A stretch of DNA of 64,000 nucleotides, taken from positions 2,266-66,265 of the forward strand of contig CAVTDH010000014.1 of assembly GCA_963733435.1 (NCBI GenBank), in the 5' to 3' direction. A program made the position numbers and the translations under genes. The stretch comes from an uncultured beta proteobacterium (GTDB taxonomy: Bacteria; Pseudomonadota; Gammaproteobacteria; Burkholderiales; Casimicrobiaceae). Shown here one piece after another: positions 1 through 11,342 of this stretch; position 1 is the stretch's first letter, and every line of letters starts with the position of its first letter. Below the pieces are notes generated by a model. The model worked only from the letters and a program-made list of their open reading frames with translations. It was not told the origin of the DNA and did not search any database.

Positions 1-1428
1 GTGCTGGGCGGCCTCAACCTCACGGCGGTCTACCGGCCCTCGTTCTACGGGTTCGCGCTGCCGGCGCTCGTCCCGCTGATCGCGCGCGTGGCGCTGGAGG
101 GCGACCAGGTCCACCTGTACACGGCGCTGGTGATGAGCGTCGTGCTGGGGTTCATCCTCGCGTTCGGACACCAGCTCAACGACGTGCTGACCTGTTCGCT
201 CGCGACGCGCTACCAGAACATGGACCTCATCGAGGAGCTGAAGGGCAAGTCCCGCGCGGCGCACGAGGCGCGCGCCGCGGCGGAGACCGCCAACCGCACG
301 AAGTCGCAGCTGCTCGCGGCCGCGAGCCACGACCTCCGGCAGCCGCTGCACGCGCTGGGTCTCTACACGGCGGCACTCGCCGCACGCGCGTCGACTTCGG
401 ACCTGCGGCCCCTCGTCGGCAGCGTCCAGCGTGCCGTGGCCGCGCTGGAGAGCCAGTTCGAGCAACTGCTCGACCTCTCGCGCCTGGAAAGCGGCACGCT
501 GTCGCCGGCGCCGGCGCGCGTCGCGTTGCAGCCGCTGCTGGCACGCGTGATGACCGAGATGCTGCCGCATGCGCAGGCGCGCGGACTGGCGCTGCGCGTC
601 GCGCCCACGCGGGCCGTCGTGCGCAGCGACGCCGCCATGCTGGAGCGCATCGTGCGCAACCTGGTGGCGAACGCCATTCGCTACACGGATTCCGGCGGCG
701 TGCTGATCGGTGCGCGCTCGCGCGGCGGCGCGATCGCGATCGACGTGATGGACACGGGTGTGGGCATCGCGCCCGAACATCACGAGCGGATCTTCGAGGA
801 GTTCTACCAGGTGCGCGACCTGCGCAGCGACGGCGTGCACGCGGGAATGGGCCTGGGACTCGCGATCGTGCGGAGGCTCGCGGCGCTGCTCGACCACCGG
901 ATCGAGCTCGCGTCGCGCGTCGGACGCGGCTCGCGCTTCTCCATCGTGGCGCCGCGCCTGGCGGACACCGAGTGCCGCCGCCGCACGCCGCCGCCCCGGT
1001 CCACCGCGCGCACTGCGCCGATGGCCATCGCTGGCGCGCTGGTCGGCGTGATCGACGACGATCCGGCCTCGGTCGACGCGATGAGCGCCTTGCTCGCGAC
1101 GTGGGGCGCGGAGGTCGTGCGCGGCGCCGATGCCGACACGATGCTGAACGCGCTCGGCGTCGTCGAACGGTATCCGGATCTCGTGGTCGCGGACCTGCGG
1201 CTCTCCGATGGGCGCAACGGCATCGAGGCCGTGCAGCGGCTGCGCGACGAGCTGGGCATCGCGTTGCCCGCGCTGCTGGTCTCGGGGGATCTCACCGCGA
1301 ACGCGGAACGCGATGCCCGCGCCGCGGGCCTCACGCTGCTGCCGAAGCCCGTGGTGCCGACGGTGCTGCACGCGCTGGCGACGGCGCTCATCGTGCGCGG
1401 GACCGCGGAGGCGGCGACGCACGCCTGA
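1..1428 (+). CDS. Hybrid sensor histidine kinase / response regulator (5' end outside window)
   Basis: H-box [11 protein letters not shown], HATPase motifs ([15 protein letters not shown]) and a C-terminal receiver domain (VIDDD...DLRLSDG...LLPKP). The ORF runs in from the window edge to TGA at 1426-1428. Confidence 0.9.
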   Translation: MLGGLNLTAVYRPSFYGFALPALVPLIARVALEGDQVHLYTALVMSVVLGFILAFGHQLNDVLTCSLATRYQNMDLIEELKGKSRAAHEARAAAETANRTKSQLLAAASHDLRQPLHALGLYTAALAARASTSDLRPLVGSVQRAVAALESQFEQLLDLSRLESGTLSPAPARVALQPLLARVMTEMLPHAQARGLALRVAPTRAVVRSDAAMLERIVRNLVANAIRYTDSGGVLIGARSRGGAIAIDVMDTGVGIAPEHHERIFEEFYQVRDLRSDGVHAGMGLGLAIVRRLAALLDHRIELASRVGRGSRFSIVAPRLADTECRRRTPPPRSTARTAPMAIAGALVGVIDDDPASVDAMSALLATWGAEVVRGADADTMLNALGVVERYPDLVVADLRLSDGRNGIEAVQRLRDELGIALPALLVSGDLTANAERDARAAGLTLLPKPVVPTVLHALATALIVRGTAEAATHA

Positions 1429-1464
1429 CGGTCATGCAGCGGGATGACTGCGTGCCCTCCGGTC

Positions 1465-1494
1465 GAAAACGCCGGGACGTGTTGCCGTCCCGGC
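1465..1494 (-). terminator. Hairpin between convergent genes, possible intrinsic terminator for the minus-strand protease gene
   Basis: GCCGGGACG-tgttgc-CGTCCCGGC (9-bp stem) preceded on the plus strand by AAAA, which gives a U-tract after the hairpin on the minus strand. Confidence 0.4.
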
Positions 1495-1537
1495 GTCCAC
1501 CCTGCAACGGATCCGCAGTCGCGGCCGGATCGGGGAC

Positions 1538-4500
1538 TCAGGGCCCGAACATGTTCACCGGCTGCGTGTTGACGAGGCACGTCCAGCACTGGCCATTGGC
1601 CGCGGCGTCGATCAGGACCGAATACGTGTTGAGGTGCGGCGCTGTGGTGTCCGCCGCCGCGAAGCTCGCGCTGCTGTTGGGGTTGCGGACCAGCGTGAAC
1701 GCGCGCACCGGCGCACCGGGGAACGTGCTGAAGTTCACCCAGTTCAGGTTGTTGCTGTAGACCTGCACGTTGCCGACGGAACTGCCGATGACGGGCGCCT
1801 CGAAGTACACGCCCTGGAACTGCTTGCCGCTCGTGTTCCAGCCCTGGTTCACGACCACGCCCGCCAGGTCGATCGCGCCGCCGGCCTTGAACACGACACC
1901 GCCCGGGAAGACGAAGTCGTTGGTGGGGCCGCTTGCGAGCTGCAGGTTGCCGGTCGCCTGGACGATCATGCTGCCGCCGCCGTAGGCGGGGTCCGGCTGG
2001 CCCGCCGGACGGGTGCCGCCGGGCGGCACCACTGCGTTGTTCACCGGGAGCGTCGTGCCGACGGGCCACGCCGACGGCATCCACACCGTCGCGTTGCCGT
2101 GTACGAGCATGTTGAGCACCTGCGGCGCGGTGCCGTAGGCCGCGAGCGTCAGCGTGACCGCGTTGCCCGTGCTCGGATAGAGCTGCAGGCCGTTGGACAG
2201 GAAGAACGCGCCGTTGACGGGATTGTTGGCGCTGCCGAAAGTAGCGAACGTCATCGCGTTGCCCTTCAGCGCGCCGCCCCCCTTCAGGTTCGCGCCGTAC
2301 ATGCGAAGCTCGCTGCCGCCGTCGACGGTGCCGGCATTGGTGATCGTCTTGCCGGTGGTCCACGACGCGCCCAGCGCATCCATCGTCACCCCCGCGGGGC
2401 CGTTCACCACGCCGGCCACGGCGACCACGAAGCCGGCCGAGTTCTGCACGTAGAGGTACGGCGGGGGCGCACCGCCGCCGCCCTGCGCGAGCAACTGGCC
2501 GCTGATGTTGCTGGCGACGCCGCTGACGTTCTTGATCAGCACGCGCTGCCCGGCGGCGCCGGAGCGGATCGTGAGCGTCGTGCCGGCGTCGAGGTTCAGG
2601 CCCTGGAAGTCGATCTGCGTGAACAGCGTTCCGTTGCCCGGCGTCGCGCCCAGCTGGATGACGGCGGCCGTCTGGAAGTTGGAGATGATGTTGCCGTTGA
2701 GGGTCGCGCCCTGCACCGTCACCGGCCCGAACGGATTGACGACGACCGTGGCCACGCCGAGGCTCGCGCCCAGCATCTGCTGCGAGAGGCCGATCGACGT
2801 CGACGGGTTGTTGCCCGCGTCGCCGCTGTACGCCGCGGAGATCGTGTGCGTGCCCACGACTGAGGTTGCTCGTCGCGCACGTCGCGGTGCGCGTGTTGCC
2901 GCTGCCGGACAGCGCCGACGTCGCGCAGCCGGGGATGATCGAGCCGCTGTCGCGGAACGCAACCGTGCCGGTCGGCGCGGTGCCGGTGACCGACGCGGTG
3001 AAGTTGACGGTGGTGCCTACGTTCGCCGGATTGCTGTCGCTCGCGAGCGTGGTGGTCGTGTTGGTCAGGATCGGGCACGCGGACGTGGTGAACGTCAGGT
3101 CGTTGCCGAAGATCGGGCCACCGTCGCGTTCGTCGCGCGCACGCGGAAGTGGTAGCAGCGTGTTGCAGGCAGAAGAGCACGGTGATCGCCGCGGAACCGG
3201 CGACGCGACAGCTCCTGCCGCCAGTGGACTCTGCTGCGGCGACGATCGACGATCCGTAGCTCGTCGTGGTTCCGTAATCGAACGAGACGGTGGTGCTCTG
3301 ACCGTTGGGTTGACCGTGCCGTTGAGCGTCGCGCCGATCTGCGCGAGGCTCGTCGCCGCGTTGGTGTCACGACCGTCGGACCAGGTACCGCGCCGATCGT
3401 GAAGTTCGTGTTGGAGATGTCGAAGAAGACGCTGCTGCTGCACTTCACCTTCACGCGCGCGGTGGTCGTCGGCGTGTTGGGAATGTTCACCGACTGCGAG
3501 CCGTCGTTCGGCGTGCCGGCGACGAGCGTCGTCGGGAACGTGTTGCCGCCGTCGGTGGACAGCAGGATGTCCACGCTCGCGCAACTCACCGGGGCCGCCG
3601 TCGTGTTGGCCACGTTCCACGTGACCGTCTGCGAGCTGCCCGGCGCCCAGCCGACGTTGGTGTCGGGCGAGGTCACGACGAAGGGTCCGGCCGCCGTCGT
3701 CACGTTGAAGCCGAGCGCGCCGTAGACGACGCCGCCGCCGCCGGCGCGGTTGTCGCGCACCGTCATCCGGAAGTTGAGCGCACGCGTGACATTGGGCAGC
3801 ACTTCGCCCTTGGCCAGCGTGTTGGCGAGCAGGTTCGGACAGCTGCGGGGAACGTGCGCGTGGGGCTGGTCGTGGCGTTCCATGAACGGAAGAACGGGCA
3901 CCGTGGTAGCATCGCCCGGCGCGGCCGCCGGCGCCCAGGTCGTACTCCTCCCAGTTGTACGTCAGCGCATCGCCGTCGGCATCGGTCGCCGATCCGGTGA
4001 GCGCGAACGGCGTGTTGGCCGGAATGGTGAAGCCGCCGGCCGGGACGGTCGACCACCGGCAGGTTGTTGCCGGTCGGCGTCATCACCGCGCAGGCGTTGC
4101 CCTGGCCGCTGACCGTGTACGCGACGATCTCGTCGAAGTTCACCGAATGGAAGTACGGATCGCTGTGCGGCTGCAGGTCGTCCGATCCGCAGATGCCGGC
4201 GTAGGCCATGATCGTCGAACCGCTGCCGGGCTCGTAGGCGGTCGATGCCGTTGCGGTTGGCGCCGCCGCAGTTGCCGACCGAGCCGTTGAAGGAGTGGTT
4301 GCCAGCCGAACTGGTGTCCCATTTCGTGCGCGACATAGTCGACATAGAACGCGTCGCCGGTCGGCGAGGAGCTGCCCGTCTCTCCCTGCGCCTTCAAGCC
4401 GGCACGGCACGGCACGCCCAATGCGGCAAGACCGCCGCCACCGGTGCCGAACACGTGACCGATGTCGTAGTTGGCCGAACCGATCACCGAATCGAGGTTG

Positions 4501-5408
4501 GACTGGTTCTGGGACAGCAGTGCGCTGGCGTTGTTGTTCGAATACGGACCGGGGTTGCCATCCGTGTAGACGAGAAGGTTGTTGTTGGCGACGAGCTGCA
4601 TGCGCACGGCCACCTCGACCTCGTAGATGCCGACCACGCGGTTGACCGCCGTCACGATGGCGGCCAGACCGAGCGGAACGGTGCCGCCGTGGAATGTCGT
4701 GTATTCCTTCGTCGCCGCCACCGCGAGCCGGTACGTGCGCAACTGCGTACCCGAGCTTGCCTGCGGCTGCACCAGCATCAGCTTCCGGATCTGCTCCGAC
4801 GTCTGCCCGTCCGGATCGATCGGCGGCATCTCGACGAAGTCCGCCGGATCGCGCGGCGGCAGGTCGCGCGTGTAGTAACTCATGTAGTTCGTCGTGTCGC
4901 CGCGGCTGTACGGGTCGATGAAGTAGCGTCCGGCCTGTCGTCGAGAGCACCATCGCGTGGAAGCCCTGCGGCGTCCAGTCGAAGCGCGCCGTGGCCGACG
5001 GGGTCGTCGATCCCCTGCCCCGTCCACGTGCGGATCTCCGGGAACTTGGCGGCCAGCTCCGGCGCCATCAGCTGCGTTTCCTGTACCTGGAAGCGGCCCA
5101 CGCTGCCGTCGGGCAGCGGCAGCGTCACGACGAGTGCCACGCGCTGCGCGGCCGCCGTGAACTCCATCGGCGCGCGGGAGAAGAGCGTCGGTGAACACCG
5201 CCGGGTCGAGCGCCACCAGGCGGTACTGCCGCGGCACGGTGAGGCGTTCGCCGGCGGCCACCACGTCGCGCTGCGCGACGTCGCGCCAGAGGCCGCCGCT
5301 GGCGGCCTGCAGGTCGACGGTCGCGGCCACGGCCGCGCAATTGAGCAGGAGGAGCGCCGCGAGCGACAGCGCGAACGCGTGGAATCTACGGGAAGCAGCG
5401 GCCACCAT
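1538..5408 (-). pseudogene. Secreted reprolysin-like (M12B-type) zinc metalloprotease with Ig-like repeats and a C-terminal beta-helix-like domain; at least 9 frame changes
   Basis: Signal peptide [36 protein letters not shown] zinc motif at 4305-4328. Conserved [27 protein letters not shown] block. Ig-like repeats ([10 protein letters not shown]...[18 protein letters not shown]). The coding signal hops between the minus-strand ORFs 4140-5507, 4880-5458, 3763-4953, 3962-4345, 3095-3901, 804-3620, 2719-3180 and 1538-2962. Confidence 0.75.
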
Positions 5409-5707
5409 TGCATGTCTCCAATGCGCTCGCGCGCGTGGCGTGGGGCGGATCGCCGCACGCGATGTCACGTCCGCCGTCATCGGGACCGCGAACCTCGAGT
5501 CGATCAAGCCCGCGGAGTATTCGAGATCGGGCCACTCCGGTCAACCGGATCTTTCTGCACGCACCCCTTCCGTGACAGGCGCTCGCCCGACGGCGCCGCG
5601 TGCCCGCGGCATCGGCGCAGTCGAGCGGCGTCGAACGCCCTGCCCGGCGCCGCTCCCACCGCGCCGATGCCGCGGCCCCGGCCCGCACAGGACCCGGGCA
5701 GCCCGAC

Positions 5708-5749
5708 GCAAAAGAAATCGGGCGGGTCGCGGCGCATGGCGACCCGCCC
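5708..5749 (-). terminator. Rho-independent terminator downstream of the DUF1501 gene
   Basis: GGGCGGGTCGC-N8-GCGACCCGCCC (11-bp stem), followed on the minus strand by GATTTCTTTTGC. Confidence 0.6.
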
Positions 5750-5778
5750 GAAGGCGGAGAGAGACGCTTTGCAGGACG

Positions 5779-7177
5779 CTAGGCCATGAACCCCATGTTC
5801 TTGGTCGTGAAGTTGGCCAGGTTCGGGAACACCTGGTCGATGTCGGCCTGCGGCATGCCGAACCAGTTGCCGAGCGTCGAACCGATCTGGTCGACCGACG
5901 TCGTCGGAATCCACGAGCCGTTGCTGCCGGCGTCGTCCGGACCCGCGCGGACCAGCGGCGGGAACGTACCGTACATGTTGCCGCCCTTGACCGAGCCGCC
6001 CACCACGAACTGGTGGCCGCCGTACGCGTGGTCGACGCCGTTGCCGGCGTTGCCGATGAACGTGCGGTTGAAGTCGGACATCGTGAACTGCGTGACATTG
6101 TTGGCGATGCCGGCGGCGACCGTGTAGTCGTAGAACGCGCGCATCGCCGGGAACAGCTGGTTGAACAGGTTCGTCTGGTTCGTCACCGTGTTCGTGTGCG
6201 TGTCGTACCCGCCCATGCTAACGAAGAAGAACTGGCGCTTCACGCCGGTCAGCGCTGCGTCCTTCGATCAGGCGCGCGACCTGCCGCAGCTGCTGCGCGA
6301 TGCCGGTGTTGAGCAGCGCGCCGCCCGACGTGAACGCGGTGTCGATCACCGGCGGCAGCGTCGCCGTCAGGATCGGGTTGGCCGTGCTGTTCGCGGTCAG
6401 CGCCTTGTCCATCACGCTCGCGCCACCGGCCGCCACCTGGTTGCCGCCTGCCTTGGATGCCGCGATCAGCGAGAGCAGCGCGTTGTAGCGCGCCATCGAC
6501 ACCGCATCCGTGGCCTGGCCGGACACCGCCACGCCGCCGTTCTGCGGGATCACCAGCGGCGCCGTCGCACTGCCCGCCGTGTAGAGCTGCGAACCGGACA
6601 CCGAGACGGCCGACGGAATCAGCGAGCCGGCGTTCGCCGCGATCAGCTTGTCCGACATCCGTCCGGCCCAGCCGGTGCGCACCGGCGCGTTCGCCAGCAG
6701 GCCGCAGTACTGGTCCTGCTGGTCCGAGTGCGAGAACAGGCTCGGCGGACGGTAACCCGGGCTGTTGTACTGCGCCTTGGTCATCGGCCGCACGAGCGTG
6801 CCCGCGTTGGCGATCACGGCGAGCTTGCCCGACGTGTACAGCGGCGCCAGCTGCAGGTTGTTCGTCGGCATCATGCTCGGATGGAAGCCGAATGCCTTCC
6901 CGTGGCTCGGTGCGTTGAACTGGATCAGCTGCGCCTGCGTCAGCGCGACGTTCGACGCGGCGGTCCGCACGGCCGCGTACTCCGCGTAGTCCGTGTACGG
7001 GATGACCATGTTGTTCGAGTCGTTGCCCCCGAACAGGAACACGCAGACGATGGCCTTGTAGCCCGAGACGGCCTGGGCATTGGCGCTTTCGACGCCCCAG
7101 GTGCCAAGGTTTCCGGCGAGAGCGCCCGCGGTCAGGGCGCTCGTGGAGGTGAGGAACTTCCGGCGGTTGGTATTCAT
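5779..7177 (-). pseudogene. DUF1501 domain protein (Tat signal, sulfatase-like fold), one frameshift near 6225-6245
   Basis: N-terminus MNTNRRKFLTSTSALTAGALAG carries a twin-arginine motif. Typical DUF1501 blocks are present (FLFGGNDSNNM, SMGGYDTHTN, DHAYGGHQFVVGGSVKGG). The protein is split between ORFs 6218-7177 and 5779-6243. Confidence 0.85.
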
Positions 7178-7178
7178 G

Positions 7179-10071
7179 TTATCGCTGCACCTGGTAGTCG
7201 TAGGACGAAGCCATCAGGTAGACGGCCATACGGGCACGGGCCGTCCGCTCACCTGCTGTGGGTGTCGCACTGAGCGTTATCGCGTTGACCGCGGTCACGA
7301 TCGTCGGCTCCAGCGCCGTCGGGAACTGCCCGCCGGCCAGCCGCTTGTTCACTTCCGAGACCATCGCCGCCGGATTGTCCGCGAGCGCCTCGTACGGTGC
7401 CAGGAACAACCGCGTTCCCGTCGCCGTCGGAATCGTCGCGTCCGGTGCGTAGCCGCCGTACACCAGCGTGTAGATCAGGTTGGCCCGGCCCACGGCGGTC
7501 ACCGTCGTGTGGATGCCGAACTCGGGCCCGAGGATCGACGTGCCCGGCACCTTGCTGTCGGGCATGAAGTAGTTGAACACCGTCGGCGCGTAGTACGGAC
7601 GCTGGCCCAGGTTGCCGGTGGCGCCTTCGAGGCGGTTGCCGTCCGTGACGCCGTTGAGCGCACGGATGAGGCTCGTGACCATCAGCACCGGTTCCTTCAG
7701 CTGGCCGTAGTCGGCGGCGGTCTTGCTCGTGCCCCGCGCTTCGGGGTCGAGCAGGATCGCCTTCACCACCGCGGCCAGGTCGCCGCGCACGCCGGCGCCG
7801 TTGTTGTTGAACACGGCGGTGATGCGCGCCACGTAGGCGCTTCGACGGGTTGCCGGTCACCAGGCGCTGGATCAGCTGCTTCGCGACGAACGGACCGGTG
7901 TTCGGGTGCATGAACACGTTGCGCACCGCGGCGTCGATGTCCTGCTGCGCCGTCTGGCCGGCGGGGAGCACCGTGCCGTGGAGCAGCGTCTTGGCGTTCG
8001 GGTCGTGCCCGGTCGTCGTCGAGCCCGGATACGGCACCATCGGCGCGCCGTAGTACCGGCCCTGCTTGCCCGTGGCCGCCGTGCCTGCCGGATTCGCATA
8101 CGTGTAGCCGGTGAAGACCCGCGCGAACTCCGCGATCTCCGTCTGGCCGTACGTCTGCACCGGGTTGTTGCTGGCGTCGAGGATCGGCGTGCCGTCGGCG
8201 TTGAGTTCGTACAGGCCGACCGAGAAGAGCTGCATGATCTCGCGAGCGTAGTTCTCGTTCGGCACGCGCGTTCCGGCCGGACGGTCGTTGTTGACCATGT
8301 CGAGGTAGTTGCCCATGGCCGGGTTGTAGGTGACACGGCGCAGCAGCGACTCGTAGTTCCCGAACGCCTCCTGGAACAGGATGTTCTGGAAACGCGACAT
8401 CACGTGGGCGTAGGCCAGGTCAGGCTCGTTGGCCGACGTCACGATGATCTGCGACAGCGCCCAGGCCACACGCTGGCGGAGCTGGTCGGGTGCCGAGATC
8501 GCGTTGGTGAAGAAGTCGCGCTGGATGCCGGCGAGCGTCAGATGATCGCGGGCGCAGAGTGCCTGCGGCGAGTCGGCCGGGTAGTTGCCGCCCATGGGCA
8601 TGTTGTTCGTGCAGTCCGCCGTCGTCGACAGCTGGATCCGGTTGTACTTGGTGTCCGGATAGCCCGAGATCGGCTTGGTCAGCTGGTCGTTGATCCAGCC
8701 CGTGATGCCCAGCGACACGACCCGCGCGGCTTCGGACTGCGTCGCGCCGAACGTCGCCTGGTTCAGCAGCCGCCAGATGTCGCCGTTGGTCGAGGCGACG
8801 GCCGGTGCCGTCTGGACGACCGCGCGTTGCACGAGCGTCGTGGCCACCTGGCCGAGCGAGTCGGTGACCTGCGCGTAGAAGTCGTAGTTGCCCGGCGTCG
8901 ACAGCGTCGCGGTGGTGGAATAAGGCGCCGACGTGTCGTCGACCAGCTTGGCGCCGTTCATGAAGAACGACACGCGGGTGACCGTCGCGCCGGTGGCGGT
9001 GGCGGTGGCGGTTCCGTTGATGGTGACCACGGCGCCCGGCGTGAACAGCGTGTTCGTCAGGTTCATCGTGATCCGCGGCAGCGCGGCCACGACCGGCGCG
9101 GGCGTCGCGGTGACCACGACCGTCGCCGACGTGCTGGCGCCGAGCAGGTCGTACGCACGGGCGGTGATCGTGTAGGTGCCCGCGGCGGTCGGCGTGAACG
9201 TCGCGCTGTAGGGCGCCGTCGTGTCGGTCGAGAGCAGCGTCGGCGCCGTTATAGAACTCGACCTTCGCGATGGTGCCGTCGGGGTCCGAGGCGTTCGCGG
9301 TCAGCGTCGTCGCGGTGCCGGCCTGGACCGTGGCCGGACTGGCGATACACGGAAACGACGGGCGGCAGGTTCGACCGCGGTCCGCCGTCCTTGACGAGCA
9401 GCGAGACTGCATTGGACGTCGTCGCGGACGATCTGGTTGTCCGTCGCGACGGCGGTGATGGCGAACGTGCCCGGGTGGACGGGTAGTACGTGTAATTCCA
9501 CGGCGGCGAAGTGAGCGTGCCGATCGGCGCGCCGCCACTGAAGAACTGGACCTTCGAGACCGTGCCGTCGGCGTCCGCGGCGGTGGCCGAAAGCGTGACC
9601 GACTGGCCGGTCTGCGTGGTCGGTCGCCGACAGCGCGAGCGCGACGGTCGGCGGCTGGTTGCCGGCCATCAGCACGGTGATCGACAGCGTGTTGGACGTG
9701 ACGAACGCCCCCATGTTGTCGGTGGCGACCGCCCAGACCGTGAACGTGCCGGCTGCGGTCGGCGTGTAGGTGTAACGATAGGGCGCCGCGGTGGCCGTCG
9801 AGACCTTGGTCAGGCCGACGTAGAACTCGACCTTGGCGATCGTGCCGTCCTGGTCCGTCGCCACCGCGGTCAGCACGGCGGAAGCGCCCGTGGCGATCTG
9901 CGTGGTGGATGCGGAGAGGCTCACTTGCGGCGCCTTGTTCCGCTGGGCTTCCGCGGTGCCGGCGAAGAGTCCCGCGGCGACGAACGCAGCGACGACCCAG
10001 GTTCCCATCCATCCCCAACCGCGCGTACGCGGTGCCGTCTGCTTCGCCATGCTGGTTTCTCCCTGCATCAC
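7179..10071 (-). pseudogene. DUF1800 domain protein with about four N-terminal tandem Ig-like repeats; at least 5 frame changes
   Basis: Signal peptide, then repeated modules such as ASAVLTAVATDQDGTIAKVEFYVG...YTYTPTAAGTFTV. The DUF1800 core (WRLLNQATFGAT...NENYAREIMQLFSVGL...) lies in ORF 7249-9117 and the C-terminus in ORF 7179-7832. Its stop is 1 nt from the DUF1501 start. Confidence 0.8.
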
Positions 10072-10173
10072 CGGCCTCCAGACCTTGGTCGATGTTCATT
10101 GGTGGGCCCGTTCCCCCCTGCTGCCGCCATGCTTCCCTTCACGGCCACTGGGCGGGAACTTTCCCGTGCCGCG

Positions 10174-10202
10174 ATTATTCCTTACGCATATTTTGTTTAC
10201 AA
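10174..10202 (-). promoter_or_regulatory. Candidate sigma-70 promoter for the DUF1800-DUF1501 operon
   Basis: The minus strand reads TTGTAA-N17-AATAAT, about 95 nt upstream of the ATG at 10071, at the edge of an AT-rich island. Confidence 0.35.
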
Positions 10203-10251
10203 GTTATTTCTGTCTGTCAGGCGACAAACGGTATAAGTTGCGTCCAATTTT

Positions 10252-10353
10252 ATGCGCATGCCATGTGAAGACATTGCCATAACATCATTGTTTTTAAAGA
10301 TAATGAATTTGCCATTGTCATATGCTCTTGTTTACTACCTTGCAGGTTCATGA
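10252..10353 (+). other. Candidate 33-codon small ORF (hydrophobic peptide) inside the AT-rich island; unproven
   Basis: The ATG..TGA ORF encodes MRMPCEDIAITSLFLKIMNLPLSYALVYYLAGS. No Shine-Dalgarno sequence and no good -35 element. A mirror 33-codon ORF lies on the minus strand (10250-10351). Confidence 0.15.
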
Positions 10354-10362
10354 CAATTGGGT

Positions 10363-10385
10363 GGACGGTCGGACCCCGTCCTTTT
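10363..10385 (+). terminator. Weak plus-strand terminator-like hairpin after the small ORF
   Basis: GGACGG-tcggacc-CCGTCC followed by TTTT. It overlaps an alternative 7-bp hairpin CGGACCC-N10-GGGTCCG (10370-10393). Confidence 0.3.
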
Positions 10386-10548
10386 CGGGTCCGAGTCGAT
10401 TTGCACAGGATCCAATTGCAGACAGATCGGCAGGATTGTCCAATCCCTGCTGCCAATCGAATGCTTTATGACGACGGAATATCCGCCAAGGCACTGCCTG
10501 CGCCACGCCGGCGCGCACGCGGCCATCGTCCGGCCACGGCGGCAGGCG

Positions 10549-10580
10549 AAAAAAATGCTGCCGCCCCGAAGGGCGGCAGC
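10549..10580 (-). terminator. Rho-independent terminator of the cpxP-like gene
   Basis: The minus strand reads GCTGCCGCCC-TTCG-GGGCGGCAGC followed by ATTTTTTT. It lies 38 nt downstream of the stop at 10618. Confidence 0.85.
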
Positions 10581-10617
10581 ACTGGACGGCGGGAACGGAC
10601 GGTGTCGTCGGTTGGCG

Positions 10618-11127
10618 TCAGCTCGCGGGGCCGCGCGTTTGCGCGCGCTCGCGGAAGTGCTCGCGCATCGACTCCATGCGCGTCACCCGCGACTTCACCG
10701 CGTCGCGCACGACGGCCTTCTGCGCCGGCGTGAACGTCGCGTACAAGGCGAGCCACTGGTCGCGCACCTGCTTTTGCAGCGTCTGGTTGCTCGCGCGTGC
10801 CGCGTCGGCGACCGTCGCGACGGCCGCGAAGTCGGGCTCGGTGCGCGCGAGTTCGGCGTCGAGCGTTTCCTTGACCTTCGCCATGTTCGCGCGGCCCGTG
10901 GACCTCGCCGCCTTGCCCTGCGCGACCACGTTGTCCCACATCGCCTGCTGGGACGTGTTGAGGCCGAGCTTGTCCTTGAGCGATGCCAGCACGTTCTCGA
11001 TGGCGAAGCCCCCCGGACCATGTCCCGGTCCGTGGCCGCCGCCCGGTTGCGCCAGCGCGCCATGCGCGGCCAGCGCCAGCACGGCCGCCGCCATTACGCC
11101 AACCAATCCACGTTTCTCGATCTTCAT
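10618..11127 (-). CDS. Periplasmic Spy/CpxP-family (LTXXQ-type) protein
   Basis: Signal peptide MKIEKRGLVGVMAAAVLALAAHGALA, helical Q/K/A-rich body with LNTSQQ and FTPAQK motifs. Divergent from ompR-envZ. Confidence 0.8.
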   Translation of the reverse strand: MKIEKRGLVGVMAAAVLALAAHGALAQPGGGHGPGHGPGGFAIENVLASLKDKLGLNTSQQAMWDNVVAQGKAARSTGRANMAKVKETLDAELARTEPDFAAVATVADAARASNQTLQKQVRDQWLALYATFTPAQKAVVRDAVKSRVTRMESMREHFRERAQTRGPAS

Positions 11128-11342
11128 TGCAGGTTCCTTTCGTCACGTCTTTCGGGGAGCCCTTCGATTCCGCGGTCAATGGTCGACGCACGGCAGGGTC
11201 CTTCGTTCGAGACCGATTGTGGGCCCGCGTTCCACCGCCGCACGACGCGATTGCAACCGGACGTTGCGGATCCGGCGCGGCGGTTACAATCCTTTACAGA
11301 TGCACCGCCGCACGATTCGCGCGGAGCCGTTCTAATCACATC

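Noticed and set aside
804-3620. Very long ORFs in alternative or antisense frames: 804-3620(-), 15487-18021(+), 24494-26971(-), 27667-30018(+), 33770-35419(+), 36166-38334(-), 44683-47538(+), 58620-61097(-).
   Set aside because: Their translations are Arg/Ala/Gly/Pro-rich with no domain signal. This is typical of stop-poor off-frames in 70% GC DNA. They overlap genes with clear homology-like signal on the other strand or frame. Only short in-frame segments of 804-3620, 33770-36640 and 58620-61097 are real, and those are accounted for in the features.
10299-10319. Calling GATAATGAATTTGCCATTGTC a bona fide Fur box.
   Set aside because: Only the left arm matches the 19-bp consensus. The right arm is offset by 2 nt, and AT-rich DNA generates Fur-like words easily. 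It is kept as a note inside the AT-island finding rather than as a feature.
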